Below are positions 18,401 to 27,038 of a stretch of DNA of 64,000 nucleotides, piece after piece. A program made the translations under genes and the position numbers. Origin of the DNA: an uncultured virus (IMG/VR IMGVR_UViG_3300001765_000069). Taxonomy: Duplodnaviria; Heunggongvirae; Uroviricota; Caudoviricetes. The notes below the pieces were generated by a model. It made no database searches and had not been told where the DNA came from. It saw only the letters and a program-made list of their open reading frames with translations. The DNA is taken from the IMG/VR virus record IMGVR_UViG_3300001765_000069; one strand, 5' to 3'. Positions within the stretch are counted from its first letter, which is position 1. Every line of letters starts with the position of its first letter.

Positions 18401-19349
18401 TGCCCGCCAGCGTGCTGGTAACGGTGACGTTGCCAAGTTGAGTGGCAAGTACGCCTTTGAGGGTGATGCGTGAAGCAGATACGGAAGTTACGTTCGCGGC
18501 AACAGGCGTGGCTGTGCCGTAGATGGACACCAGCGCCGTAGCGGATAGGCCAGCGGCCTCCAGCATCTGCACCGTAACCGCCTGCAGATACGACGACGAT
18601 CCAGATGCACTGGTTGCATCGCCCAGCGTTTTTGATAGCGCAGCTTTGACTTGTACCTTAGACGCCGCGATCAGCGTGGCATGCTCAAGTTGACTGGATA
18701 GCGTAGCTCTTGCTGGTGCTGTGGCAGTACACGCAATCGTGGTGTTGCCGAGTGTGCTGGCTACCGCCGCCTTGACCTGAACCTTTGCAGCCGACGCAAG
18801 TGTGGCGCTGTCCAGCGTCCTCGAAGCCAGCCCAACAATCCCAGCATCGGCGGAAGCAGATAGGGTGGCGTTCCCGAGCGTCTGGGTCGACGCAGCCTTG
18901 AGCGCCAACTCGGACACTGAAACAATGCTGACCGAATCCAGTGTGCTCGTGCTTGCTGACTTGATCTGGACAGCCGCTGCAGAGGTTACGGTGGCGTTGC
19001 CCAACTGCCCGGAAGTCAACGCCTCGACAGCAATATCCGACGAGGACGTTGATGTGGCACTGCCCAGCGTTACCGCCAGCGCAGACCTGATCTGAACCCT
19101 GGCGGCAGATGATAGGGTTGCTGCATCCAGCGTCTTGCCTACAGCCGATTTGAGGTCGACACCGGCCGTTGACGCCAGCGTTGCTGAGTCGAGCGTGGAC
19201 TCAAGCGTAGCGCCTAGTGCCGCAGCTTCAGTCGGGCCAACACCCAAGCCTCCGGCGACGATTGAGCCACGGTAGGCACCCCTACCCAAGCCTCGCGTGA
19301 CTAGGTTGCTGCCCTTGGCCGCGAGGGTCCAGTTAAGGAGCAGCAGCAT
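15462..19349 (-). CDS. Giant Ala/Ser/Thr-rich repeat protein (21-aa period), putative virion fibre
   Basis: 1295 aa with recurring T/Q-L-D/G-x-A units every 21 residues (e.g. TLDSATLASTAGVDLKSAVGK). Lies in the structural operon. Confidence 0.75.
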   Translation of the reverse strand: MLLLLNWTLAAKGSNLVTRGLGRGAYRGSIVAGGLGVGPTEAAALGATLESTLDSATLASTAGVDLKSAVGKTLDAATLSSAARVQIRSALAVTLGSATSTSSSDIAVEALTSGQLGNATVTSAAAVQIKSASTSTLDSVSIVSVSELALKAASTQTLGNATLSASADAGIVGLASRTLDSATLASAAKVQVKAAVASTLGNTTIACTATAPARATLSSQLEHATLIAASKVQVKAALSKTLGDATSASGSSSYLQAVTVQMLEAAGLSATALVSIYGTATPVAANVTSVSASRITLKGVLATQLGNVTVTSTLAGINNGVVTTTLAPASSSAQGKVSIKAASASTLANVTSSSSSDVYLTGLTSGQLGAASLVSAAKLAVKAICVKALDAATIVSQSTAPARAVCTQTLDAAGLASTSKAQIKATATHTLAGASFASTATVRVSATVGKSLGDAVLAASGLSPRNSVVSAALGPATLASSGKVSIKAATSLTTGNATSSSSSDIDLSALTAGQLSWASLSSATKIGVKAGWAATLSNADLSAAGVAPAHATVMKSLDHAGLAAPSLLRIKAGVNKALDSAGISASGSSKRNAALSQTLVEASVTSAGFSTRSGVVSVTLGQVVASSATKLMVSADSASVLGNAVSQSTSDIDIVALTSGQLAGIYVTATAGLAVRATTTATTGPATLAATANPAINGQLSANLADASVSITGTNRIDADLSITLVGASVVASARLIVTGESSGALAGAVSYAAGTLTIKANAASTLSASLSAAGGALVKAVLSTQLGNASTASSSEIDLAALASGALSPASLAATAKTAVKGAVEVHLGSVSLSSVASAPSLATLSATLGQVGIVATGLLPLHAAVTAQTGAVTSTSAGRVSLSGQLNKTLANVTCLASSSGEIFPVLNVILDDAGIVSAGTLSLSGGVSAVLGDVTSSPSAGLDVTGTTAVALADASVVSAGALKVKAALSAALSAAAVSAQSVILVSAAVGVTLDDATVSSGADFELGAESASQLEDAGISSDGVLRLAGSVAPYLDGTALSSQSSVLLSAMAGITLGDASCGSDADASVGAESASQLTDAALAATAAVAIKASAAVQLHGAEVDATGSVVAASEAATNLEDAVLSAAATIAVNGGLSVALSDAVVVGTGVAGSASGMVSQLDDAAVTSESTLRIDSFADITLLGASVISAVRLSVEAEVEVLTGQVTLSASGTVYMAVEYGNRYAEHVQDVKENLQSPDNSVEAGPRKYGSSLIKSMDAAADSKSLSSSATPTPTAVKLSSNYSAVKPRRI

Positions 19350-19352
19350 GGC

Positions 19353-20777
19353 TTACTGGTCGATCAGCATTGTGCGTAAAAACGCAGTCGTGGAATGCAG
19401 CAGGGCGTAATAAAACTCCACCCCGTCGGGCATGGTGATACAGCAAGACCTGTCACCGACCACTGCGGTACTGGTTGGATACAGCCACTGGTGCATCTTG
19501 GCTTCAAGTCTATGCGTTGCAGGTATGACCTCATAAATCCGCATGGTAGTGTCCTTCTGAATCAACAGAGAGGACTGCTTGCCATTGATTGAGCGAGTAG
19601 CTACGTGCGTTCCTGTACCGAATGACTCAGTGCCTGGGTAGTACGTTTCTGTTGCCCAAGTGTTAGCCACAAGGTCATAAACATAAATTGATGATGTTGC
19701 AACTCCGCGCAAACACCATAGCTTATCCGGCTTATACGCAGGCAACCATTTCAGGGCACAGCCTACTCCAGCAGCCCCTGGTAAAGCCGGAATCGCTGGA
19801 TTGCCTGAATTGGCCGATGTCGTGTACCAAGCGTTCGCACCTTTGTTGTAGCGGTACATCACGGCAGCGTTACTGCCAATCAGATACAGATTGCCGTAAT
19901 ACAGCGCCGTAGCTGCAGAAGGGATAGATGACAACAACGGGGACACAGTAATCGACGTAGCGGATAGCGCTGCACTTGCCGTCAGTACCGCGAACTGTTC
20001 AAATACCGCAACCGTGCCAGAAGCAATCTCTTTTGAAATTGGGTACACCGACAACGTGGTGGCACCGGCTGACGCCGCCGCCGACAGATACACCTCGTAG
20101 CCATTCGGTAGTGTGATTGCCGTTTCCGCAGCCAAGGATTGTGGCAAGGCCGACACAGCAAGTGATGTTGCACCCTTAGCAGCCGCTGATGAGAACGTAA
20201 TATCGAAAGTGCCAAAACGCAGACAGGTAGCTGCTGCCAACGCTTCAGGTAGGGCCGTAACAGCGATGCTTGTTGCACCCACCGCAGCCGATGAACTGGA
20301 TGTAATGGTGCGCAGTACACCACTGTGAAAGCCCCCTTCCCAACCATTGCGAGATGGGCCAGGGGACATCAGATAGGCATCTGTTGCGAATGCTGCCGGC
20401 ACGTTGGTTGTGCCAAGGTTCGCCGACCATGCGTTTGTGGCAATGTTGTAACGGTACAGATAGCACACAGACCCATTTCCGACGAATAGAAAAATAGACC
20501 CGAACACTTTTCCAGCCCACTGCCCGCCGCTGGTTTTGGTGAACACCATATTTGCAACGGTGCCGGTTGAGGTGGGGGCGGTAGCCAACTGCTGCCAGCA
20601 GTCACCCCAGGTGTCAAACCGCCAGAATGCAGACGCTGTGGTTGAGGTCTGAAAGTAGACGTAGATGTACCGAAAGCCATCATCAACGATGTTGGTTCCA
20701 CCTATACCTGTTGCCGGAGCGAATGGCAACTGCTCCCAGTTGGGTGTGTGGATGCCTAGTTTATTATCATTTCTCAT
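19353..20777 (-). CDS. Kelch-like beta-propeller protein with inserted GATS repeats
   Basis: Repeated (Y/W)RY(N/D)xxxNxW blades (WRFDTWGDCW, YRYNIATNAW, YRYNKGANAW, YVYDLVANTW). Central A-x-GAT(S/T)-x-V repeats. Confidence 0.65.
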   Translation of the reverse strand: MRNDNKLGIHTPNWEQLPFAPATGIGGTNIVDDGFRYIYVYFQTSTTASAFWRFDTWGDCWQQLATAPTSTGTVANMVFTKTSGGQWAGKVFGSIFLFVGNGSVCYLYRYNIATNAWSANLGTTNVPAAFATDAYLMSPGPSRNGWEGGFHSGVLRTITSSSSAAVGATSIAVTALPEALAAATCLRFGTFDITFSSAAAKGATSLAVSALPQSLAAETAITLPNGYEVYLSAAASAGATTLSVYPISKEIASGTVAVFEQFAVLTASAALSATSITVSPLLSSIPSAATALYYGNLYLIGSNAAVMYRYNKGANAWYTTSANSGNPAIPALPGAAGVGCALKWLPAYKPDKLWCLRGVATSSIYVYDLVANTWATETYYPGTESFGTGTHVATRSINGKQSSLLIQKDTTMRIYEVIPATHRLEAKMHQWLYPTSTAVVGDRSCCITMPDGVEFYYALLHSTTAFLRTMLIDQ

Positions 20778-20779
20778 GG

Positions 20780-21124
20780 TTACACCTGTGTCAGTCTGGA
20801 GTATTGGTTGGATGCAGCACTACGGCTCATCATGATGAGTGTGGCGGCTTTGGTTGAGTCGCCTAAAGCAACATACCCTGTGGTCATAGTGACCACGTTG
20901 GTACTGCCTGAAGCTACGTCCACCCGCAGAGCACTAGATGAATTGAACGAGAAACGCCCAAACACTCGGCTGAGTGTTCGGAGAATCCAGTTTGTTGAAT
21001 CAACCGGACTACCTGACTCGGGGTCAACCGGAACGACTGCCTGCATGTGAACAGTTTCGCCGCCCTCATCACGGGTGAAGGTGTCAATCTTTGACCCACT
21101 CGACCCTGTTGTTACGTTGCTCAT
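20780..21124 (-). CDS. Hypothetical virion-associated protein
   Basis: Coupled ORF in the structural operon. Confidence 0.55.
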   Translation of the reverse strand: MSNVTTGSSGSKIDTFTRDEGGETVHMQAVVPVDPESGSPVDSTNWILRTLSRVFGRFSFNSSSALRVDVASGSTNVVTMTTGYVALGDSTKAATLIMMSRSAASNQYSRLTQV

Positions 21125-21576
21125 ACCAGTCTCCTTCTCACTTCAGCACCTTGACCACGATAGGTCTGTGTCTCGGTGGCATCTTCGTACAGTTGAGCGG
21201 TGAGGTAAGGGGTGGTGCCGTCATCGGCATAGACCGTCATCACGCCGGTTGTGGGGTCGGTCACGGTTTTGTTACGCATGATCCGCGAGCAGATCAGCAT
21301 CTTGTCGGCGAAGTCCAGGGCAGTCGCGTGCCCCCAGACAGCATCGGATATTTCTGAAACGGTAGGAACTGGCAAGTTGGCCTCCACATAGGCAAGGATG
21401 GTATCCAGGGTAGTGACATCAAGCAGCGATGCGGATACCGTTGTCGTGCCGTCAAGTGTTTTGCTTAGGGTGGATTTGAGCGCGAGTTTTGTTACTGAAG
21501 TAACGGTTGCTGCTGCGAGCGTTAGGCTTAACTCGCCTGTTCTACCAGAAGCACCTGAGTCATACCAGATTCTCAT
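21121..21576 (-). CDS. Hypothetical structural protein carrying two copies of the 21-aa fibre repeat
   Basis: TLAAATVTSVTKLALKSTLSKTLDGTT. C-terminal GVMTVYADDGTTP motif. Confidence 0.6.
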   Translation of the reverse strand: MRIWYDSGASGRTGELSLTLAAATVTSVTKLALKSTLSKTLDGTTTVSASLLDVTTLDTILAYVEANLPVPTVSEISDAVWGHATALDFADKMLICSRIMRNKTVTDPTTGVMTVYADDGTTPYLTAQLYEDATETQTYRGQGAEVRRRLV

Positions 21577-21579
21577 GGC

Positions 21580-22338
21580 TTATTTCGCCTTGAAGATTTG
21601 CCAGGGGTTATGCTGAAAAGAATTTAATTCTGAATCACCTATTGAGCGGTCCCAAACAGCAACTAGCTGTATGCCTGCATTGCACCTCCTTGATGAACTT
21701 CTATAGTCTTCACCAATTACTAATTTAGGATTACTGCCATAACTGGTAGTAATCCGTGTGTTCTCACTAGTGTCGTCATAACTAAAACTACCAATTCCTC
21801 TGTTAAACAAATAAAGTTGCTGTAAATCATAGGATGAACGCACAACAGCTAGATAGTCGTTACCTGCGTATACCGAATTTGAAAGAGTAGGCAGCGTTGG
21901 TGAATAAGGCAGCGAAGCGATTAGACTACTTAGTAATGCACCGCTACTTTTTATACCGATAGATGTGTATGGTACTTCATCACCATCATCACTATAAGTC
22001 AATATTGCATAACAACCATCTAGGCTTGACGTACTATTCTGATGGAATATCACCCCCATAGTGCCGTAGGCAAAGTCTGTAGTTAAGCGGATAGCCGGCA
22101 TTTCCCATGCGGAGTTATACGAGTTTATGTTTACAGCAAGACCTTCCGTACCGGCATTTATTGTAGGCGTCCCAACTTTTGTCCATACTGCATCATTAGG
22201 ACTGACACACTCTATAGGGTGACTGCTTCCTGGAATTACCGCATAGAGTAACTTCGATGTGAGTGGGTTACTCCAGTCAATCTCAGGAATGCCGGATGGC
22301 TGAGAATAGAACCGACGCGGCAGAATCAGGCAGGACAT
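21580..22338 (-). CDS. LamG/concanavalin-like domain protein, AT-rich
   Basis: IDWSNPLT N-terminus; LVAVWDRSIGDSE...NPWQIF C-terminus. Visibly lower GC than the flanks. Confidence 0.55.
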   Translation of the reverse strand: MSCLILPRRFYSQPSGIPEIDWSNPLTSKLLYAVIPGSSHPIECVSPNDAVWTKVGTPTINAGTEGLAVNINSYNSAWEMPAIRLTTDFAYGTMGVIFHQNSTSSLDGCYAILTYSDDGDEVPYTSIGIKSSGALLSSLIASLPYSPTLPTLSNSVYAGNDYLAVVRSSYDLQQLYLFNRGIGSFSYDDTSENTRITTSYGSNPKLVIGEDYRSSSRRCNAGIQLVAVWDRSIGDSELNSFQHNPWQIFKAK

Positions 22339-22739
22339 TAAACCGTTTCCGCGCTGGTAATTTCGCTGAAGTAAGCCTGTACATTACAGGCGTTCGTCGT
22401 ATTTCCGTGAAACTCGACCTCAAGGTGCATCACGGCTGGGTCAATTGCCATGCTCTGCTCGGTGACGGTGCCAGATACTAACCCACCACCAAACTTCCAC
22501 AATGTTTTCCAGTCCGTCCCGGATGATGCTGCGGTAGGCGTTGCACCTGCATTGTGGGCAATCAAAACACGACCTTCACACTGCGCACCAAGCGTACCGG
22601 AGTTTATGATCTTCATCGTCAACAATCCGCCCTGCGCAGTACGCAAGTCAAGTGTGCCACGGGTTTCTGCTACGCCAGCCAAACGATCCACGCTCGCAAC
22701 GACCGTTCTTGCGGTTTTAACTAAAGTGGTTGAACTCAT
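22338..22739 (-). CDS. Hypothetical beta-rich structural protein
   Basis: Coupled ORF in the accessory structural block. Confidence 0.55.
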   Translation of the reverse strand: MSSTTLVKTARTVVASVDRLAGVAETRGTLDLRTAQGGLLTMKIINSGTLGAQCEGRVLIAHNAGATPTAASSGTDWKTLWKFGGGLVSGTVTEQSMAIDPAVMHLEVEFHGNTTNACNVQAYFSEITSAETV

Positions 22740-23200
22740 AGCTTGCTGCTCCCATCGTCGTTGCGGACGGTGCGGGCAACATCACTCGCCGTCACAGTAC
22801 CCAATCCAGCCTGTTCCGCCCGGCTGATGAGCGTATCGGCCAAGGACAGGATCGTCAGCTTGTGAACTTCAGTGAAATCCGGGATCAGGTCTTCGGCCAC
22901 CAGACCGTCGAGCACCTGAGTGAACTTGCCCAGGATCATCGGGTTGCTCAGGTCGAAGATCGGGAACACTTCGAGCGCACGCTTTGCCGCAACACAAGCC
23001 AGTTGCGGGCTGGCTTCGATGGCGATCAGCAGATCGACCAGCATCAGGTACTGGCGAATGTCGTGAGACAGCACCTTGCCCTTGGCCGGAATGTCCGCCC
23101 GGTTGAGAATCGCCGCGACCTCACCATCGGCTCCAGAAGCGATGTGAGGCGCGAGTTCTGCGGCCAGAGGGCCGGAGGTGAGTTCGTCGTGGAGGCTCAT
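22736..23200 (-). CDS. Hypothetical protein
   Basis: Coupled ORF; ISRAEQAGLG motif. Confidence 0.55.
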   Translation of the reverse strand: MSLHDELTSGPLAAELAPHIASGADGEVAAILNRADIPAKGKVLSHDIRQYLMLVDLLIAIEASPQLACVAAKRALEVFPIFDLSNPMILGKFTQVLDGLVAEDLIPDFTEVHKLTILSLADTLISRAEQAGLGTVTASDVARTVRNDDGSSKL

Positions 23201-23203
23201 GGT

Positions 23204-23611
23204 TTAGGCATTCCCGTCAGTCAGGGTGAAAGAAGTCACCGTGAAGGTCTGGCCGACTGCGAACGAGGTGTTGTCGACCGTCATGTCGCCGCCGCCCGCA
23301 GTCAGCGTAACCGTACCTTGGGCATGACAAGTCGTGCCATCGGTTGCGTACAGACGGAAGTGCGCGGCAGTGCCGGTGGCGTCTGCAGCGGTGTCTTCCC
23401 ATGTGCCAGACTTGGCTTTTGAGCCGGCAGATGCGGCAGCCATCCAGTCAGACGGCAGGTTGACGGTCGCCAGCACCGTGCCCGCGTCTGCCGTTGCACA
23501 AGTGGCCGGCACAGCGCCGGAGCGAATTTTGAGGATCGCAGAAGCTGCAATCGTTGTTTCGATCGCGTCCAAGCGTGCATTGCGTACAGCTACAGAAAAT
23601 TGAAGTGCCAT
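23204..23611 (-). CDS. Conserved small virion structural protein
   Basis: RNARLDAI...LKIRSG...ATGTAAHFRL...QGTV pattern common in phage structural modules. RBS AAAGGA. Confidence 0.65.
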   Translation of the reverse strand: MALQFSVAVRNARLDAIETTIAASAILKIRSGAVPATCATADAGTVLATVNLPSDWMAAASAGSKAKSGTWEDTAADATGTAAHFRLYATDGTTCHAQGTVTLTAGGGDMTVDNTSFAVGQTFTVTSFTLTDGNA

Positions 23612-23623
23612 GATGTGTTTCCT

Positions 23624-23869
23624 TTAAAGTTTGAGGTTCAGAATTTCGCGGGCGCGGGCGAGGTCGTTCATGTACGCCCAGTAACAGTGCCTTGATTCCC
23701 AGCAGCACAAGGCGTCGATGATGCGTTCAGCGGTCGTCCAGCCATCTTTGTGGGCACGACCAGAGATCGAATCGTTTGGGTTGCCGTCGAGCAGCACGAC
23801 GTTCAGCCACTGGCTGGTCGCGTCGAGAGCGCGATGAACGTAGGGAGGGCGTAGTCGGATTCCACTCAT
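23624..23869 (-). CDS. Conserved hypothetical phage protein
   Basis: SQWLNVVLLDGNPNDSISGRA...HC motif. Confidence 0.55.
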   Translation of the reverse strand: MSGIRLRPPYVHRALDATSQWLNVVLLDGNPNDSISGRAHKDGWTTAERIIDALCCWESRHCYWAYMNDLARAREILNLKL

Positions 23870-24207
23870 ATCACGAGCACCTTCATTGCCACGGCACCTC
23901 CGACAAGACCGACCACGCCAGCTATCCAGGCCAGAACCCAGCCATTGATCAGCTTTGATACAGGCGCGGCTTCTTCAAGTCTTTTTATTCGCTCATCCAT
24001 GACCTGCGAGTGGTTTGTGAGCGCTTCACTCATTTTTTCGATGCTATCGAACGCCCGGTTTATGCTTTGCCCAGTACCCGCCATCTGAACCTCAAGACGA
24101 GCAACCTGCACCATCGCGTCCGCGAGCTTTCCCATCGTGTTCTCGATGTTTCCCATGCGGAATGCCATCGAGTCCAGTTTTGTTGACAGTACGTCTTGTT
24201 CACCCAT
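23866..24207 (-). CDS. Coiled-coil protein with C-terminal TM helix (lysis-associated, XhlA-like topology)
   Basis: Heptad-rich N-terminal part plus hydrophobic C-terminus WVLAWIAGVVGLVGGAVAM. Confidence 0.55.
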   Translation of the reverse strand: MGEQDVLSTKLDSMAFRMGNIENTMGKLADAMVQVARLEVQMAGTGQSINRAFDSIEKMSEALTNHSQVMDERIKRLEEAAPVSKLINGWVLAWIAGVVGLVGGAVAMKVLVI

Positions 24208-24458
24208 CAGATGTCATCCCTATCAATATGCCTTGGCCTGCCACGGAACAGCACGACCCAGAGCACCTGCCACCATTTCAAATGCCCGCCAAAATTCAGC
24301 GGGACGTATTCATACCAATCATTGCGATCCAGCGACCAGACCGCGTGCGGCCACCAGCCGTATTTTGATTTTCGCCAACAGACCCATCCACCTCGGGCTA
24401 ACTGCAGGCCTATCGCCCAGATGATGCAGTTTGCATAGGCAGGATGCCAAAGGTTCAT
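24207..24458 (-). CDS. Trp-rich hypothetical protein
   Basis: Coupled to both neighbours; NCIIWA...PHAVW...LFRG. Confidence 0.5.
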   Translation of the reverse strand: MNLWHPAYANCIIWAIGLQLARGGWVCWRKSKYGWWPHAVWSLDRNDWYEYVPLNFGGHLKWWQVLWVVLFRGRPRHIDRDDI

Positions 24459-24691
24459 ACATCACCCCACACGTCACTGATAGGTGGCGGAAACAGCTTG
24501 TTGTGGAGTTCCTGCAGTTCGTGAAGTGCCAGTAACACTACGTCCTCAAATCCTATGTGATTAGTCTGGTCCGGTAGCATCAGCTTGGTCAGATACGCGC
24601 CACATTCGGGCATCCCCCACAATGCCTGCACACGCACGGCGATATGCGGGTGCGCGGATTCGAGCAATGCAATCGGGTGCGTCGGAGTCAT
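24455..24691 (-). CDS. Hypothetical protein
   Basis: PHIAVRVQALWGMPECGAYL. ATGA overlaps with neighbours. Confidence 0.5.
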   Translation of the reverse strand: MTPTHPIALLESAHPHIAVRVQALWGMPECGAYLTKLMLPDQTNHIGFEDVVLLALHELQELHNKLFPPPISDVWGDV

Positions 24692-25245
24692 TTCACATGA
24701 CCTTCTTCGTGCCATCTAAGAAGAGCGGAATGGGCGGCGAAATTAGTTTCGCAGGCCCATCTGTTGAGGGCGATGTTGGCGGCAATCGGAGCGGCGTCCA
24801 CGGTATCGGCGGTGTGAGCAGGTGGGCCGGAGGTTGTATCTTTACCGGCTCCTTCACTATCACTGTGCGCGGTGGAGGGCATGAGCAACCTGCCAAGATC
24901 AGCAGGGCAGTTACCCACAATGCCGTTCGCATAAGCCAAGTATTCTGTTTTCGTCGCATCTAACCTCCGCTGGGTTTTTGATAACTCTTCACTAATGCGC
25001 TCGCCTCTCTCGATCTCCGCAAGATGCTGCTGACGCGCCGCCTCCTGAGCGTGGATAGCATCGAGCAGTAGCTGGTTTGAGTCTTGCGTTTCAGCCAACT
25101 CGCAAGCTCTTTCAGCCCGAGCGTAACCGCGATGATCAATAGCCAAATAACCATAGCTAAGGCCGGAAATAGCAGCAATACCAAGCACAACGTATCCCGT
25201 AATGGGGCTTCGCAAAACAGACCATACGGTTTTGAACGTGAGCAT
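24688..25245 (-). CDS. Inner-membrane spanin (Rz-like)
   Basis: N-terminal TM helix, coiled coil and C-terminal Cys. Contains a nested lipoprotein gene. Confidence 0.75.
   Translation of the reverse strand: MLTFKTVWSVLRSPITGYVVLGIAAISGLSYGYLAIDHRGYARAERACELAETQDSNQLLLDAIHAQEAARQQHLAEIERGERISEELSKTQRRLDATKTEYLAYANGIVGNCPADLGRLLMPSTAHSDSEGAGKDTTSGPPAHTADTVDAAPIAANIALNRWACETNFAAHSALLRWHEEGHVK
24693..24932 (-). CDS. Outer-membrane spanin (Rz1-like lipoprotein), fully nested in Rz
   Basis: MRTALWVTALLILAG-C lipobox followed by a very Pro-rich mature part, in an alternative frame. Confidence 0.75.
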   Translation of the reverse strand: MRTALWVTALLILAGCSCPPPRTVIVKEPVKIQPPAHLLTPPIPWTPLRLPPTSPSTDGPAKLISPPIPLFLDGTKKVM

Positions 25246-25246
25246 G

Positions 25247-25510
25247 TCATGTAGACCTAGAATCTAAATAGGCTTTGAACACATACCCTCCGAGCGCAAC
25301 AACTGGGGCAGTGATCATGCCAATGGCCGCTACGATACTACCTTCACTGATTTTTCCCATAGCCAGGGCCGCAGATGCAAACTCAGTCATGCGGAAGGAA
25401 ACCCAGAAAGTCATCCACATCGCCGCAAACAGCACTAGGCGCCTGATCACGCCACGGGTATCGATCCAGTCCCAGAAACTAGTAACCCAGTTTTCCAGAA
25501 TCTCAGCCAT
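25247..25510 (-). CDS. Putative holin (2 TM helices)
   Basis: 87 aa, two hydrophobic segments, directly upstream of the spanins. Confidence 0.6.
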   Translation of the reverse strand: MAEILENWVTSFWDWIDTRGVIRRLVLFAAMWMTFWVSFRMTEFASAALAMGKISEGSIVAAIGMITAPVVALGGYVFKAYLDSRST

Positions 25511-25512
25511 GC

Positions 25513-25716
25513 TCAGCCCTCCACAACAACGAGCTTGCCAGCCGCGATCTGGGCATCAACCCATCCGCCTGGCACTTCGTCTTTAGGTTCTTCACCGTAG
25601 GCTACGAGGCTAAACGGATCCGGCATCGGGTTGCCGTTGAACGAACGCAATTTACGAGTGGCCACAGGATCTGCGGCAACAACATCAGGCGAAATTGACT
25701 TGGGAGCAGCAGCCAT
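25513..25716 (-). CDS. Small hypothetical protein
   Basis: RBS GGAGG before ATG 25716; WVDAQIAAGKL motif. Confidence 0.55.
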   Translation of the reverse strand: MAAAPKSISPDVVAADPVATRKLRSFNGNPMPDPFSLVAYGEEPKDEVPGGWVDAQIAAGKLVVVEG

Positions 25717-25771
25717 GTGGCCTCCAATAAACAAAATTTATAACGGCATCAGCAAATCTAATGATATCTCG

Positions 25772-25800
25772 ATATTAGGTTTCATGCTTAGAAGTGTCAA
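25772..25800 (-). promoter_or_regulatory. Sigma70-like promoter for the lysis/accessory genes
   Basis: TTGACA-17 bp-TAATAT on the minus strand, just after the capsid terminator. Confidence 0.6.
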
Positions 25801-25804
25801 CAAA

Positions 25805-25832
25805 AGAAAGGCCCGCCAAGGCGGGCCTTTCT
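25805..25832 (-). terminator. Rho-independent terminator after the major capsid gene
   Basis: AGAAAGGCCCGCC/GGCGGGCCTTTCT inverted repeat with a T-rich tail. Confidence 0.8.
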
Positions 25833-25845
25833 GTGTGCCGAGACC

Positions 25846-27027
25846 TTACAGTGTCAGGGACAGGACTTCGTATGCATCGTCGAACAGGCGGCGGACAACA
25901 GAGCCGTGGTCGAAACGCATGGCACTGGCGCGGCGCAGCACAAAGTTCTCTTGTGCCTCGTAGCTGGCGCTGATCGAGGTCACGCGATGGATTGCGTAAG
26001 CACTATCCAGAGCCATGATGGTGTTCGCCGGCCAGTTCACGTCATCGGTGATGAAGACGCGGACAGTCGGACCCCAGCCCGGGTTGATCACCTGCGGCAG
26101 CGTATCAATACGCGTGCTGTTCGGATTGTCACCCGTGATGACCGGCTTGCCGGTGCGGTTCTCGATAGCCAGAGCGCCGTTGATGTCCGTCACCACGTGA
26201 GTGATGGAACGACGCTTGCTGTTGCGATACAAGAACTTCATCCAGGCTGTGTGAGTCAGTGCACCGGCTGCGACGATGGAGGTATCAAAGGTGTTGGCCT
26301 TCACAACCTTGGGTGCAGCAAGTGCGATCTGGCCCACGTCGACGTTGCCGTTAAGCATATAGAGCAGGTTGGTATCAGCCTGTTCGTTCTTCTCGATGGC
26401 AGCCTGGCGAGCGATGGACAACGCGATGTAGTCAAGTCCCAGAACCTTGGTAGCCTGATCCGACCACTCCACACCCATGGAGTAGGTGGGGATGCGCAGC
26501 GACTTTTCCGAGGTGGTCAAGGTCAGCATGGTCGGGGGCGGCGCCAGCTGGGAGACACGCTGCGAGCGTGCAGCTTCCGGCTTGCTGTAATTCGCTTCCG
26601 GCCAGATCACCCAGTCACCAGTGATGGTGTCATCAATCGCCACCATCGCTTCGAACGCGGCGGGATTCATTTCAAGGTTGGCGAGCAGCTTGTCTTCCAC
26701 CAGTGCCAGAATTGCCGGCATCAGCAGGACACGCGCCTGGTTGCTCTGGGCAGTGTTACCGGTAACCACGCCAGCTTGCATCTGGACGGGATTGAAGATG
26801 GCGTCCAGCTTGGGCGCCCGGATGCCGGCAACCTTGTTCGGATTGAAGATGATGCCTTCGGAGGCGCACATCTGAGCGAACACTTCGCCGTAGCGAGTGT
26901 TGTCAGTCGCGTACTGGGTATTCACGTGCTCACGCACGGAGATGCCTGCGGCATTGGCTGCCTGGATGGTCGCCATGTCAATGGTGGCATCCTGCAGGTT
27001 ACCTGAGTGATCGTAGAACTTGGCCAT
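25846..27027 (-). CDS. Major capsid protein
   Basis: 393 aa after protease and decoration genes, strong RBS, followed by a terminator. HK97-like order of elements. Confidence 0.85.
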   Translation of the reverse strand: MAKFYDHSGNLQDATIDMATIQAANAAGISVREHVNTQYATDNTRYGEVFAQMCASEGIIFNPNKVAGIRAPKLDAIFNPVQMQAGVVTGNTAQSNQARVLLMPAILALVEDKLLANLEMNPAAFEAMVAIDDTITGDWVIWPEANYSKPEAARSQRVSQLAPPPTMLTLTTSEKSLRIPTYSMGVEWSDQATKVLGLDYIALSIARQAAIEKNEQADTNLLYMLNGNVDVGQIALAAPKVVKANTFDTSIVAAGALTHTAWMKFLYRNSKRRSITHVVTDINGALAIENRTGKPVITGDNPNSTRIDTLPQVINPGWGPTVRVFITDDVNWPANTIMALDSAYAIHRVTSISASYEAQENFVLRRASAMRFDHGSVVRRLFDDAYEVLSLTL

Positions 27028-27038
27028 ATTCGTGCTCC

